Below are positions 1-10,648 of a DNA stretch of 63,904 nt, one piece after another. A program made the position numbers and the translations under genes. The notes beneath the pieces were generated by a model. That model saw nothing but the letters and a program-made list of their open reading frames with translations. It ran no database searches and was not told where the DNA came from. Source of the stretch: an uncultured Gemmatimonadota bacterium (GTDB taxonomy: Bacteria > SM23-81 > DAOVCL01); NCBI GenBank assembly GCA_964626665.1, contig CAZVGK010000019.1:1-63904 (forward strand), read 5' to 3'. Positions within the stretch are counted from its first letter, which is position 1. Each line of letters starts with the position of its first letter.

Positions 1-1391
1 CTCAATAGTTTAACTAATACCTATAGCCAAAAATCTGCGGAAGCTGGGTTATAAGTAAGAACTTTAAGAAAAATATTACTTCGTCCGAAGTTATGAATCG
101 CTTTGTTTCTACTATTCTTGTTATTTCTTGATTGAAATATTCATCTTGACCGATAAATTTTTGACACTCTTTCTCAAACTCTTCTAAATCTTTCTGCCTT
201 CTCTCTATATTTTCAGCCCGCTTTTCAATCTGTTGAATCTTTTGCTCATAAGTAAGCTTTGTGTTGAATATCTCTTTTGTTAATTCCCTTATCTCGTCTC
301 CTAGAATGGCATCTAAATCGCCGATATATTTTTCAAAAACATTTATTCGACTGTATAAACGTCTTAAAATTTCATCGTCAATCGTTCCGATCATTGAAAA
401 GTTGTAAATAAGGATTTTCTCATGGCGTTGTCCATAACGATCAAGCCTGCCGATTCGTTGCTCTACTCTCATCGGATTCCATGGTAAATCGTAGTTAAAA
501 ATTACATTACAAAACTCAAAGTCTAATCCCTCGCCACCTACTTCAGAAGAAAGTAGAATTTTTATTTTATCTGATTGGCGAAATTTCTTAATAATTTTCT
601 GTCTATCTTTTGTGGGAATATCCCCATGAATTAAACCTATCCTTTTACTGTATTCTGTAGTTTCTAATTTTCTTCTTAAATATTCCAAGGTCTTTTTAAA
701 AAAAGCAAAGACCATTATCTTTGCACTGGGATCTTCTTTTTCGAGTTCACGTAAACCTTCCAAGAACCTATCAAACTTTGTGTCAACATTGCCTACTCTG
801 TTGGCAGCTCCTTTAAGATTCTTAACAGAAGTGAATTCAGCATCATCTAACTTCCAGGACGAATCAATATCTAGGGAAGGATCTATTACATCCCCGTTGT
901 CCGCAGATAGAGCTTTAATAACTCCCTTTTTAATTATATTATCAAGCTTTTCCTTCATAACCTGAATACAACTTGCCACTTGCCTTTGAGGCATTATGAC
1001 TGCAAACGATATTCCTTGCGAAGAACCATATCTTGCTGTAAAACGTTCTGAGACAAAACCGGTTACAGCGTTATAGAATCCCATTTCCTCTGGTGTAAAT
1101 TGAACCCGAAGCACCCTTGCTTCTCTGATGGGAAATTGAATCGCAACATCCCTTTTTTTTGTTCTGGTAAAAACATAGGATAAGCAGTTTAACTCTATGA
1201 GAATTTTCTGCAAGCGAATTGCTTGCTCTTTAGTAAGCTTATTATTATTGCTAAGTAAATCTATTGCTTCACGATAAAAAGAATTTTTAATAAATTTCTC
1301 TTTTTGAGATGTTTCTTCAACTTTTTTAAGCACTTCAAGCGCAGCACTTGGCTCATGTAATCTCCGCAGAGCATTATTGATATATTCATTA

Positions 1392-3378
1392 CCCAAGTTT
1401 GACACCTGTAGTTATAACTTCTGAAATAGCAATATGTTAGAAAATGGGTTACACTACACCTTGTAGGATTAGAAAGAGCTAACTTCCTGTTTCTTAATAA
1501 GTTACTCTACAATACGGCTGAATTCATCAAGTCCAGCAACCTCTAATAGTTTTAATTGGGTCGGGGTTGGCTGGGTGGTCTTTTGCAGCTTTTTGCCAGC
1601 AAGATCAATCTGCACAACCTTCAAGCTGGCAAGTTGCTCCAGGGCCTTTCTGGCGGTAAGTTTCATGCCCGCCCAGTCGAAGGCCTTCTCCAACAGGCTC
1701 TCTATGAGATAGGCAAGGACACATATGGCCACATGGGCCTTTACCCTTGGGTCTGTGTGATGCCTGATAGGTCTCAATTCAATAAAGTTCTTGATTTCAT
1801 CGAAAGCATCTTCTACTTGAGTAAGGGTGCGATAACCTCTGGCTATATCTTCGGGGGAGAGCTTCCCAGCATCACTATGCAGGATCATCATTCCATCTAA
1901 GCTGGTCTGACGGGCCAAGACCTCCTTGTTCAGCTGATACTCTAAGTTGTAAGGCCCCTTCCGCTTGAAGCTAAAATATTTCCTGGCCCCCTTTAACCTG
2001 AGCCACCTATCAATCTGCCTCTCCGTCTTCTCCCTGTTCCTCCGGGCACCCCTCTTGCTATGCTCATTGAAAGAAGCTAAATACTTTAGGGACTCTTGGA
2101 TCTTCTCCTCCCTTCTCACCCTCTGGGCTTTCCTCCTCTGGGGATTATAGGCTACCACACCCCGCTGCCCTCTTATCCCTTCAGGCAACTCATAGATCCA
2201 AAGGTTCTTCTTTATCTCCTGCCAGTCTTCGCCCTCGGGCTCAGGCAAAGAGGAGATAACCTCCTGGGCATACTTCTCCTTGCGCATCCCAGTTGACCAG
2301 ATGCCCCTTAACCCAGAACCCTTGAGCAAGGGCGCAGTCTTCCCGTTCAATATCCCATCATCGGCAACAAATATACATTCTCCGATGGGAAAACGCTCCC
2401 TTAAACTCTTCACTATCTCCGGTAATGTTCTCTGCTCACTTTGGGCCCCATCAAAGACAAAGTGGGAGATGGGAATGCCATCTCGGTTGACCAGAAGCCC
2501 AATCTGAATCTGCCGGCAGTCAGGCCGATGATCCTTGGAATAGCCCCAAGAGGCCAGAGGAGGACCTGAACCCTCAAAATAACTGGAGGTCAAATCATAG
2601 AATACCAGGGAGAGATCAAGATTGAACAGATCGGTTATCCGAGGGAATACCCATTGCTCCAGTCCCTCCTTCTCCTGCTCCAAGATGTCCATCGCCCGAT
2701 AGTAGTGATGAACCTTGAGCTTCTGGGAAGAGACCCCAGGGATATATTGCCCCTTTAGCCACTCCTGGAGAGCTAACTTGCTGGACGGCCTGGTCAGCCT
2801 ATTAAACACCATTACCTTGAGGGCCATCTCTACCTCAAACTCAAAGAGACGATCCTGTATAGCCCTCTGGAAGAAAGCGGATAGTTCAAGCCTCTTCCAT
2901 ATGCACTCAGCAAGAAGAAAGGGGCCATAGTCGTAACAGGACTGAGGATCAACATCATCCTCGGTTAAACCACCTTTCTCAGACAACCCAGATAACAGAG
3001 CCAGGTCATCGCTCAGCTTCTTCAGCTTCTCTGCAGGCCAGTAGTTGACATTGCCAAAGTTGACCAGGATCTTCTGGATAACCTTATCCTTTTTGCGCAC
3101 ACTCTCTACCAGTTTAAGGTAGTTATAAGTGCGGTTGCCTTTTTTGACTTTGACTGTTCTGAGGAACAAGCATTCTCCTTATTTTGACAACACAGCAAAG
3201 ATAAAGGAATGGTCAAGTGATGTCAAGGGGAAAGTGATATACAAGTCAAAATAGTTACACTACAGATTTGGGTAAGATTTAAGGATGGTTAAATTGCTAA
3301 CTCCTTGTAAAACAAGAAGATCATTTTTCAAAGAACAAATTCAGAGCCAATTATCCCCCTTTGACTGTCAAACTTGGG
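1392..3378 (-). mobile_element. IS1634-family insertion sequence
   Basis: TIRs CCCAAGTTTGACA (1392-1404) and TGTCAAACTTGGG (3366-3378). 6-bp TSD TCATTA at 1386-1391 and 3379-3384. Confidence 0.92.
1502..3169 (-). CDS. IS1634-family DDE transposase
   Basis: 555 aa. YLKLVESVR N-terminus, FYDLTSSYFEG, GYSKDHRPD, VADDG, VEDAF...ELRPIRH...AHVAICVLAY. Confidence 0.9.
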   Translation of the reverse strand: MFLRTVKVKKGNRTYNYLKLVESVRKKDKVIQKILVNFGNVNYWPAEKLKKLSDDLALLSGLSEKGGLTEDDVDPQSCYDYGPFLLAECIWKRLELSAFFQRAIQDRLFEFEVEMALKVMVFNRLTRPSSKLALQEWLKGQYIPGVSSQKLKVHHYYRAMDILEQEKEGLEQWVFPRITDLFNLDLSLVFYDLTSSYFEGSGPPLASWGYSKDHRPDCRQIQIGLLVNRDGIPISHFVFDGAQSEQRTLPEIVKSLRERFPIGECIFVADDGILNGKTAPLLKGSGLRGIWSTGMRKEKYAQEVISSLPEPEGEDWQEIKKNLWIYELPEGIRGQRGVVAYNPQRRKAQRVRREEKIQESLKYLASFNEHSKRGARRNREKTERQIDRWLRLKGARKYFSFKRKGPYNLEYQLNKEVLARQTSLDGMMILHSDAGKLSPEDIARGYRTLTQVEDAFDEIKNFIELRPIRHHTDPRVKAHVAICVLAYLIESLLEKAFDWAGMKLTARKALEQLASLKVVQIDLAGKKLQKTTQPTPTQLKLLEVAGLDEFSRIVE

Positions 3379-4555
3379 TCATTAGGTTCGATTAGGTTAT
3401 GAAACAAAGTAAAATCTGAAAACTCTTCTGGAATTAGCAAACCAAGAAGATTAAAAAGGTCGGGGGTTCCTAACTGTAAAGGTGTAGCAGAGAGAAACAG
3501 CATTGCATCTGACAATTCTGATAAAACCTCTCCAAGTTCACTACTTAAGGTTTCAGGATTTCTCATATAATGAGCTTCATCAACAATGACAATGTCAAAG
3601 TGTGGGGCTACCTCTCTCAAACGTTCTATCATTTTATTCGACCTAAGAGTTTGGAGAGTCATAATACACTTGATTTTTTCTGCCTCTCCATATTCGATAT
3701 ATCGCTGCAAAAACTTCATAAATTCGTCTCTTTTCAGAATATTAAAATCTAAGCTAAATCGTTTTCGCATCTCTTCTTCCCATTTAGGGGTTAACATAGA
3801 AGGACATACAATCAAAACCCTAGACAATTCTCCTAGTCGTGCAGACATTTCTGTGATAATAATCCCTGCCTCAATGGTCTTCCCTAATCCAACCTCATCC
3901 GCTAACAAAAGTCTTTGTTTAAATGTATTCAGAAATTTAAGTACAGGTTTAAATTGGTGAACTTGAAACTCTGTTCGTGAGGCATAAAATGTATAGAGAT
4001 TATCGGATAAAGGCTTCTCCAGTTTTTTATAGATTAGCGCCTGAATGAAATCTTCAATATGAGAAAATTCTTTTGCTTTTAACAGTTGCTCGACTGATTT
4101 TGGCGGTATAAATTTTTCGAGAGAGTCTTCTGGATAATAAGAACTCGGTTGACTCGGATCAATAGAAACAGGGTAAAATAATCTGCCTTTTGTTTCCTTA
4201 TGGTTACCATCAATGATGCCTATTTTATTCCCTAAGGCTTTTATTATTACCTTATCTCCTTTAGAAAATTTGAAATCCATAACAAATTCCTCTTTACTTT
4301 AGTCTGTTCATTCTTCGCTGAAGTATGAATACAATGAACTACCAAGCAAAATGTCGCCCCTATATAGACTGGTACCCTAATATAAGCTCCTAAGTTTGGT
4401 TACACCTCGGCTTCGTGGCGTAGCCAGCGACATTTAGCCTATCTCATTTATATCCGCATTGCGGATACAACTCCATTTTGGTGGTATATACGCAGTACTG
4501 CAGATATACCTCTCTATGGATGCTTAGAGTGTTCCTGACAGCCCTAACTAACCCC

Positions 4556-5983
4556 TTAAGCCACTGCCGCTTTCGCCTCTTCCTTTCCCTCGGCTTCCCC
4601 TCCCTCCGCCTTAAACTTGGAGAAGTATTTCTCCATAAATTCAGGCCTGATCCTCTTTAGCTCCGCAGTGGGGAAACTGGAGAGGAGCTTCCATCCCAGG
4701 TCAAGGGTTTCCTCTATGGAGCGGTCCTCATCCTCGTCCTGGCTCACATACTCGGCCTCAAACCTGTCGGCGAAATCATAATACATCCGATCCATATCGG
4801 AGAGGGCTGCCTCTCCTAAGATGACGGCCAATTCCTGGGCCTGTTTTCCACTGGCATAGGCGGCAAAGAGCTGGTTGAAGACATCTGAATGATCTTCCCT
4901 TGTCTTGCCCTTGCCGATTCCCTTATCCTTCAGCCGGGAGAGGGAGGGAAGGACATCAATGGGCGGGGAGACCCCCTTTTTGTGTAGTTGCCGGGAGAGG
5001 ATGATCTGCCCTTCGGTTATATAGCCGGTGAGGTCAGGAATGGGATGGGTCTTGTCGTCCTCCGGCATAGTGAGAATGGGAATCTGGGTAATGGAACCCT
5101 TCTTCCCCTTGATCCTGCCTGCCCTTTCATAGATGGTGGAAAGGTCCGTATAGAGATAGCCTGGATAGCCCCTGCGGCCGGGGACCTCCTTGCGCGCGGC
5201 AGAGACCTCCCTTAAAGCCTCGCAGTAGTTGGTCATATCGGTGAGGATAACTAAGACATGCATATCCTTTTCATAGGCCAGATACTCCGCCGCGGTAAGG
5301 GCCATCCGCGGGGTGGCAATCCTTTCAATGGCCGGATCATCGGCCAGGTTGATGAACATGACCGATCTGTCCAAGGCACCGGTTTTGTCTAGCTCCTTAA
5401 TGAAATAGTCGGACTCCTCAAAGGTAATCCCCATAGCCGCAAAAACCACGGCAAACTCTTTCTTCTTCCCCAAAACCTTTGCCTGCCTGGCTATCTGAGC
5501 AGCCAATTGATTGTGGGGCAGGCCAGAGCCGGAGAAGATGGGCAGTTTCTGCCCCCGCACCAAGGTATTTAAACCGTCAATGGCCGATATACCCGTTTGG
5601 ATGAACTCCGAAGGGTAAGCACGCGCGTAGGGATTGATGGGGTTCCCCTCTATATTCACCCTCTTCTCAGGCAGGATCGCCGGACCACCATCAATTGGCC
5701 TTCCCAAACCGTCAAAGACCCGACCCAAGATATCCAGAGAAAGGCCTAACTCTATCCCTTTGCCCAAAAACTTCACCCTGCTTTTAAATACATCTACCCC
5801 GGTTGATCCTTCGAAAAGCTGCACCAGGGCCTTGTCCCCATCTACCTCCAACACCCTCCCCTTTCTCTTCTCCCCTGTGGGAAGCTCCAACTCCACCAGC
5901 TCCTCATACTTCACCCCCTCCACTTCCTCCACTAAGACCAGTGGGCCAGAGATCTCCCTTATAGTCAGATACTCCTTTAGCAT
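4556..5983 (-). CDS. ntpB: V/A-type ATP synthase subunit B
   Basis: [45 protein letters not shown]. Confidence 0.97.
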   Translation of the reverse strand: MLKEYLTIREISGPLVLVEEVEGVKYEELVELELPTGEKRKGRVLEVDGDKALVQLFEGSTGVDVFKSRVKFLGKGIELGLSLDILGRVFDGLGRPIDGGPAILPEKRVNIEGNPINPYARAYPSEFIQTGISAIDGLNTLVRGQKLPIFSGSGLPHNQLAAQIARQAKVLGKKKEFAVVFAAMGITFEESDYFIKELDKTGALDRSVMFINLADDPAIERIATPRMALTAAEYLAYEKDMHVLVILTDMTNYCEALREVSAARKEVPGRRGYPGYLYTDLSTIYERAGRIKGKKGSITQIPILTMPEDDKTHPIPDLTGYITEGQIILSRQLHKKGVSPPIDVLPSLSRLKDKGIGKGKTREDHSDVFNQLFAAYASGKQAQELAVILGEAALSDMDRMYYDFADRFEAEYVSQDEDEDRSIEETLDLGWKLLSSFPTAELKRIRPEFMEKYFSKFKAEGGEAEGKEEAKAAVA

Positions 5984-7768
5984 TCAGTCACCCCTTCCTA
6001 GGGAAGCTCCCCCTCCTTTAATCAACTCTCCCATCTGTTGATCTATCCTCTCACCTATCCCATCGAATTTTCCTGTCTCCTTCTCTGATATAAACTTGCT
6101 CCTGGCTACCTCCTCCTTTATCAGCAAAGTGGAGAGCTTGGCTATGGGGACATCCTTCTCCAAAGCCTTTTGGGCCAATTGGTGCATCTTTAGAATTAGC
6201 TTTAACATAGCATATTGTTTCTTCATTGAGGTATAGGTATCCACCTCATGGAAAGCATTCTGATGGAGGAAATCCTCCCTGATGGAGCGGGCCGTCTCCA
6301 AGATCAGCCTATCGGAAGGGGAAAGGGATTCCACCCCCACCAACCTAACTATCTCCTCTAACTCCGCCTCCTGCTGGAGGATCTTCATCGCCTCATCCCT
6401 AAGCCCGGTAAAATCCTCTCCCACCTCCTTCTTAAAATAGTCCTCCAAGTTATCATAATAAAGGGAGTAGCTGTTCAGCCAGGAGATGGCTGGAAAATGT
6501 CTCCGATAGGCCAATATGTCCTCTAAACTCCAGAAGACCTTGACCACCCTGAGGGTGGCCTGCACCACCGGATCAGAGAGGTCACCACCAGGAGGGGAGA
6601 CGGCCCCTACCACGGTAAGCGCCCCCTGCCGCTCATCAGAGGAGCTACACTCCACCCTCCCCGCCCTTTCATAGAACTCGGCCACCCTTCTTCCCAAATA
6701 GGCGGGATAACCCTCCTCACCGGGCATCTCCTCTAACCTGCCGGATATCTCCCTCATTGCCTCAGCCCATCTGGAGGTGGAATCAGCCATCACGGCGACG
6801 CTATATCCCATATCCCGGAAGTATTCAGCAATGGTAATCCCGGTGTAGACCGAGGCCTCCCTGGCGGCCACCGGCATATTGGAGGTGTTGGCAATAAGCA
6901 CCGTGCGACGCATCAGGGGCTCATTGGTGCGTGGATCCTTGAGCTCAGGGAATTCCAGAAGGACATCGGCCATCTCATTCCCCCTCTCCCCACAACCTAT
7001 GTAGATGATGATCTCCGCATCCGACCATTTGGCCAATTGATGTTGGATCACGGTTTTCCCCGAGCCAAAGGGGCCGGGAACGCAAGCCGTGCCCCCCTTC
7101 CCCACGGGGAAGAAGGTATCGATCACCCTCTGCCCGGTGATCAGGGGAACTTGGGGGATAAGCTTCCTCTTGTAGGGTCTGGGCTGCCGCACTGGCCAAT
7201 AGTGGGACATAGCCAACTCCTTCATCCCTCCTGTGGTCTCCACCTTGGCGATCTTCTCATCCACTGGGTAGTCACCCTCCGGGGCTACCTCCTTTAGCGT
7301 CCCCTCCACCCCCGGAGGAACCATAATCCTGTGCACTACAACCGGGGTCTCCTCCACTTCCCCCAATATGTCCCCTTCTACAACCTTAGTCCCAGGCTGG
7401 CACCGCGGGGAAAATTGCCATTTCTTCTTTAGGTCTAGGGGGGGGATATCCACTCCTCTGGTCACATAATCACCTACTTTATCCCTAATCACATCGAGGG
7501 GCCTCTGGATGCCATCGTAGATGGATTGGATGAGGCCAGGGCCCAGCTTTACGCTCAAGGGCATCCCAGTTGTGGTCACCGGCTCCCCAGGGCCCAACCC
7601 CCCGGTCTCCTCATAGACCTGAATAGAGGCGCGGTTGCCCTTCAACTCTATTATCTCCCCCACCAGGCCTTTCTCGCTCACCTTTACCACATCGAACATC
7701 CTGGCTCCCTCAATCCCCTCGGCCACCACCAGAGGTCCGGAGACCTTGACAATCTTTCCCTGATTCAT
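5984..7768 (-). CDS. ntpA: V/A-type ATP synthase subunit A
   Basis: Walker [29 protein letters not shown]. Confidence 0.97.
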   Translation of the reverse strand: MNQGKIVKVSGPLVVAEGIEGARMFDVVKVSEKGLVGEIIELKGNRASIQVYEETGGLGPGEPVTTTGMPLSVKLGPGLIQSIYDGIQRPLDVIRDKVGDYVTRGVDIPPLDLKKKWQFSPRCQPGTKVVEGDILGEVEETPVVVHRIMVPPGVEGTLKEVAPEGDYPVDEKIAKVETTGGMKELAMSHYWPVRQPRPYKRKLIPQVPLITGQRVIDTFFPVGKGGTACVPGPFGSGKTVIQHQLAKWSDAEIIIYIGCGERGNEMADVLLEFPELKDPRTNEPLMRRTVLIANTSNMPVAAREASVYTGITIAEYFRDMGYSVAVMADSTSRWAEAMREISGRLEEMPGEEGYPAYLGRRVAEFYERAGRVECSSSDERQGALTVVGAVSPPGGDLSDPVVQATLRVVKVFWSLEDILAYRRHFPAISWLNSYSLYYDNLEDYFKKEVGEDFTGLRDEAMKILQQEAELEEIVRLVGVESLSPSDRLILETARSIREDFLHQNAFHEVDTYTSMKKQYAMLKLILKMHQLAQKALEKDVPIAKLSTLLIKEEVARSKFISEKETGKFDGIGERIDQQMGELIKGGGASLGRGD

Positions 7769-8092
7769 CTACTCCTCCCTGAAGATATCGGCTCCTACTG
7801 CCTTCCTGATCATGTCCCTCATCCTGCCCGATGCTATCCCCAGGCTACCTCGGTTGTTGGGAATGAGCACTATGCTGGGCAAGGGGCGACTGGATGCCTC
7901 CTCTATCATATCCCCCAAATCACCAGCAAGGCTTTCGGTAACGAAAATAACCGCATAATCGCCTTTAAGGGCCCGGGCCATTAGTTCCCTCGCCTCCGCA
8001 GGCTCCATCACGGGGAAGGTCTTTAGGCCAACAGCCTGAAAACAGAGGATGGAATCTCTCTCCCCAATAACGGCAATATTAGAGGTAATCAC
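7769..8092 (-). CDS. V/A-type ATP synthase subunit F
   Basis: 107 aa. IAVIG...P.IVLIP...IRKAVGAD; sits between C and A. Confidence 0.9.
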   Translation of the reverse strand: MITSNIAVIGERDSILCFQAVGLKTFPVMEPAEARELMARALKGDYAVIFVTESLAGDLGDMIEEASSRPLPSIVLIPNNRGSLGIASGRMRDMIRKAVGADIFREE

Positions 8093-9101
8093 TGGGTAGC
8101 CTCTCTTTAATCAACTGGGGGTCCAACCCATTCTCCTTTCCCAAGAGCACTGCCCTCACGCTACGCAGCTCCTCCTCTTTCACTAAGAAAAAAGCGTAGA
8201 TGGGCTCAAGGCCAAAGGGGGTAAGCCTGGCCCTCTTTAGATAGGAGAGGCCATAATCTCGGCAGGACCTCTCCAAAAGGGCAAGGTCCTCACCCTTGGC
8301 CAATCCCTCCTCCACAACCTGACGGTAGAGGGTGTTCGCAAACCTGTTAGGGAGGGTTTCCCAGGGTTCAGCAAATATCTCCGCGTAAAACTCAGGCTCT
8401 AAACTACCTCCCGCTATCAAAGCCCCCATCAGTTCAGGGACCTCCGCCTCACTTAGTTTAAGCCTGGCAAATATCCTCAAGTTAAGAAGGTCGATCTCCC
8501 TTTGGGCCCAACCAAAGAGGAAGTCAAGCTTGGCCAATTTAAAAACCGTCAAGAGGTGAGAGAAGAGATGCCTATCCATAGTTAGATCAATCACTTCAGG
8601 CTCCTTACTCTCCTCCCATGAGGAGATTGCCTCCTGAACGGCCTCTCCCAAAATAGGGGGGAGTTTCCCATATTCCCCCTCAGCAACTGCATCCTTTAAG
8701 ACATTCAAATCTTCCCTCCCCCAGGGGAGAAGCAAGTCGGCCAAATCCCTTCCCCCCAACCTCGCCTTGAGAAGAACCTTCAGATTGTGGAAGTCATACT
8801 TAGCTCTGAGGGTATCAGTCACCTCAGGGTCAAGGGAAAGCTCCTCGATAAGGGAGAGAAGCTCATCCAACTTTACCTTCAGCGCTAACTCATAGGAACT
8901 CTCCCCCCCCACCCCCAAAACTGCCTGGCTATAGTCCGTTTCCCCTAAGTGTCTGAGGGTCTCCTGGCCATCCTTAGCCTCTAACAGTTTGGCAAAGTCC
9001 CCTCTGGTGAGCAGCTTCCCCTCCAAGGCCCTTACCCTCCCCACCCCATAGGCATACTTCAGCTTCCCGCTGAATGAAGTCCGATAATCCGTAAGCTCCA
9101 T
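8079..9101 (-). CDS. ntpC: V/A-type ATP synthase subunit C
   Basis: 340 aa. GRVRALE..LL, YDFHNLKVLLK, PFGLEP; operon position. Confidence 0.9.
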   Translation of the reverse strand: MELTDYRTSFSGKLKYAYGVGRVRALEGKLLTRGDFAKLLEAKDGQETLRHLGETDYSQAVLGVGGESSYELALKVKLDELLSLIEELSLDPEVTDTLRAKYDFHNLKVLLKARLGGRDLADLLLPWGREDLNVLKDAVAEGEYGKLPPILGEAVQEAISSWEESKEPEVIDLTMDRHLFSHLLTVFKLAKLDFLFGWAQREIDLLNLRIFARLKLSEAEVPELMGALIAGGSLEPEFYAEIFAEPWETLPNRFANTLYRQVVEEGLAKGEDLALLERSCRDYGLSYLKRARLTPFGLEPIYAFFLVKEEELRSVRAVLLGKENGLDPQLIKERLPSDYL

Positions 9102-9102
9102 G

Positions 9103-9699
9103 TTAAGAGAAGAGTACCTTTGCTACTTCTCCCTCCAGATTTTCCTTCTGAGACTCTAAGAGGGATTCAAAGCTACAGTTAATCTCCTTCTTCCCTTTAC
9201 GCAGAATGAACCCACTGCTGAGCTGCCCCTTCTCCACAGTCAGGGAGAGCTTACCCTTCTTTCGCGCAGCCCGCAGCCTCTGATTGACCCTCTGCAGAAA
9301 TTCATTCCCCAATTTTCCCCTCGCTTCCTCTGAGATGAGCACCTCCCCATCCCCATCCTCAACGGCCTTGACCAGAAGGTTCTCCATTAGCTTGAAGTAA
9401 CCCTTCCCTTCCATCTTCTCTACCCTCTGCAGGGCTAGCTCAAAGACCTTACCTAGCAAGGCCTGTTTCTCCTGGAGAAGCCCCCTCCTCACCTCCATCT
9501 CCGCCCGGGAGAGCACCCTTTTCTTCTCCTCGGCAGCTAAGGCCTGCGCTTCCTTTTGGGCCTCTGCGGTTATCCTCGCCGCCTCCCTTTGGACCCGGGC
9601 CATAATCTCCTCTACTCTCTTTTTGGCCTCCTCCTTGATCTTTCGGGCCTCGGCCTGGGCATCAGCCAGGATCTTGGCGGTGATCTTCTCAGCCGGCAT
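9103..9699 (-). CDS. ntpE: V/A-type ATP synthase subunit E
   Basis: Coiled-coil N-terminus, GFIL....INCSFE, ends in LFS; operon position. Confidence 0.9.
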   Translation of the reverse strand: MPAEKITAKILADAQAEARKIKEEAKKRVEEIMARVQREAARITAEAQKEAQALAAEEKKRVLSRAEMEVRRGLLQEKQALLGKVFELALQRVEKMEGKGYFKLMENLLVKAVEDGDGEVLISEEARGKLGNEFLQRVNQRLRAARKKGKLSLTVEKGQLSSGFILRKGKKEINCSFESLLESQKENLEGEVAKVLFS

Positions 9700-9704
9700 A
9701 GTAA

Positions 9705-10208
<504 letters not shown>

Positions 10209-10251
10209 TCACCTTGAAATCTCTCAAACACGAATGACACAAATAGATAAA

Positions 10252-10400
10252 TTTACCACGGAAATTCACGGAATCACACGGAAAAAAGGCAATTAAAAAT
10301 TGAGAATTAAGAATGAGATTTATGCTGGCTATCCCTGACCCCCGGAAACTGACTCCTGATCCCTGTTTTTCTGTGCTATCCCGTGGTTCTCCGTAGTAAA
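10252..10400. mobile_element. MITE-like element, copy 1
   Basis: Imperfect TIRs TTTACCACGG/CCGTAGTAAA and internal AATTAAG/AATTGAG heptamers. Homologous to 13379-13499 (reverse) and 39775-39838. Confidence 0.6.
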
Positions 10401-10455
10401 CATGCTGGCTTCATAAGGCAACTTCTTAAAATTTATGTTAAGTTTTACAGCCAGC

Positions 10456-10560
10456 AATTGTAAATTGTAAATAGCAAAATGAAAGCTGAGATGTGGACTT
10501 AACAGGATGGAAGCAACAATAATTTTTACTTTTACACTTTGCAATTTTCAATTTGAAATT
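10456..10560. repeat. Opposed degenerate 7-mer tandem arrays
   Basis: AATTGTA-AATTGTA-AATAGCA-AAATGAA faces TTTTTAC-TTTTACA-CTTTGCA-ATTTTCA-ATTTGAA. Confidence 0.5.
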
Positions 10561-10648
10561 CGGAGCTTCACCCAGTTTGGATTGCCATACCTCGTCAGTT
10601 TGCCCGTCCCGGGCCGGGAAGGCGAAGCTTCGCTATTGCCTTCTCCCT

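Larger units (their letters stand above)
14..4280 (-). pseudogene. SNF2/RapA-like SF2 helicase, interrupted by IS1634 (N-part 3379-4280, C-part 14-1391)
   Basis: N-part has LADEVGLGKT, DEAH and SATP. C-part has GGEGLD, NYDLPWNP and QRIGRLDR. Removing the IS and one TSD copy restores the frame (...NLIEPN-EYINNALRR...). AT-rich relative to the flanking core genes. Confidence 0.9.
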
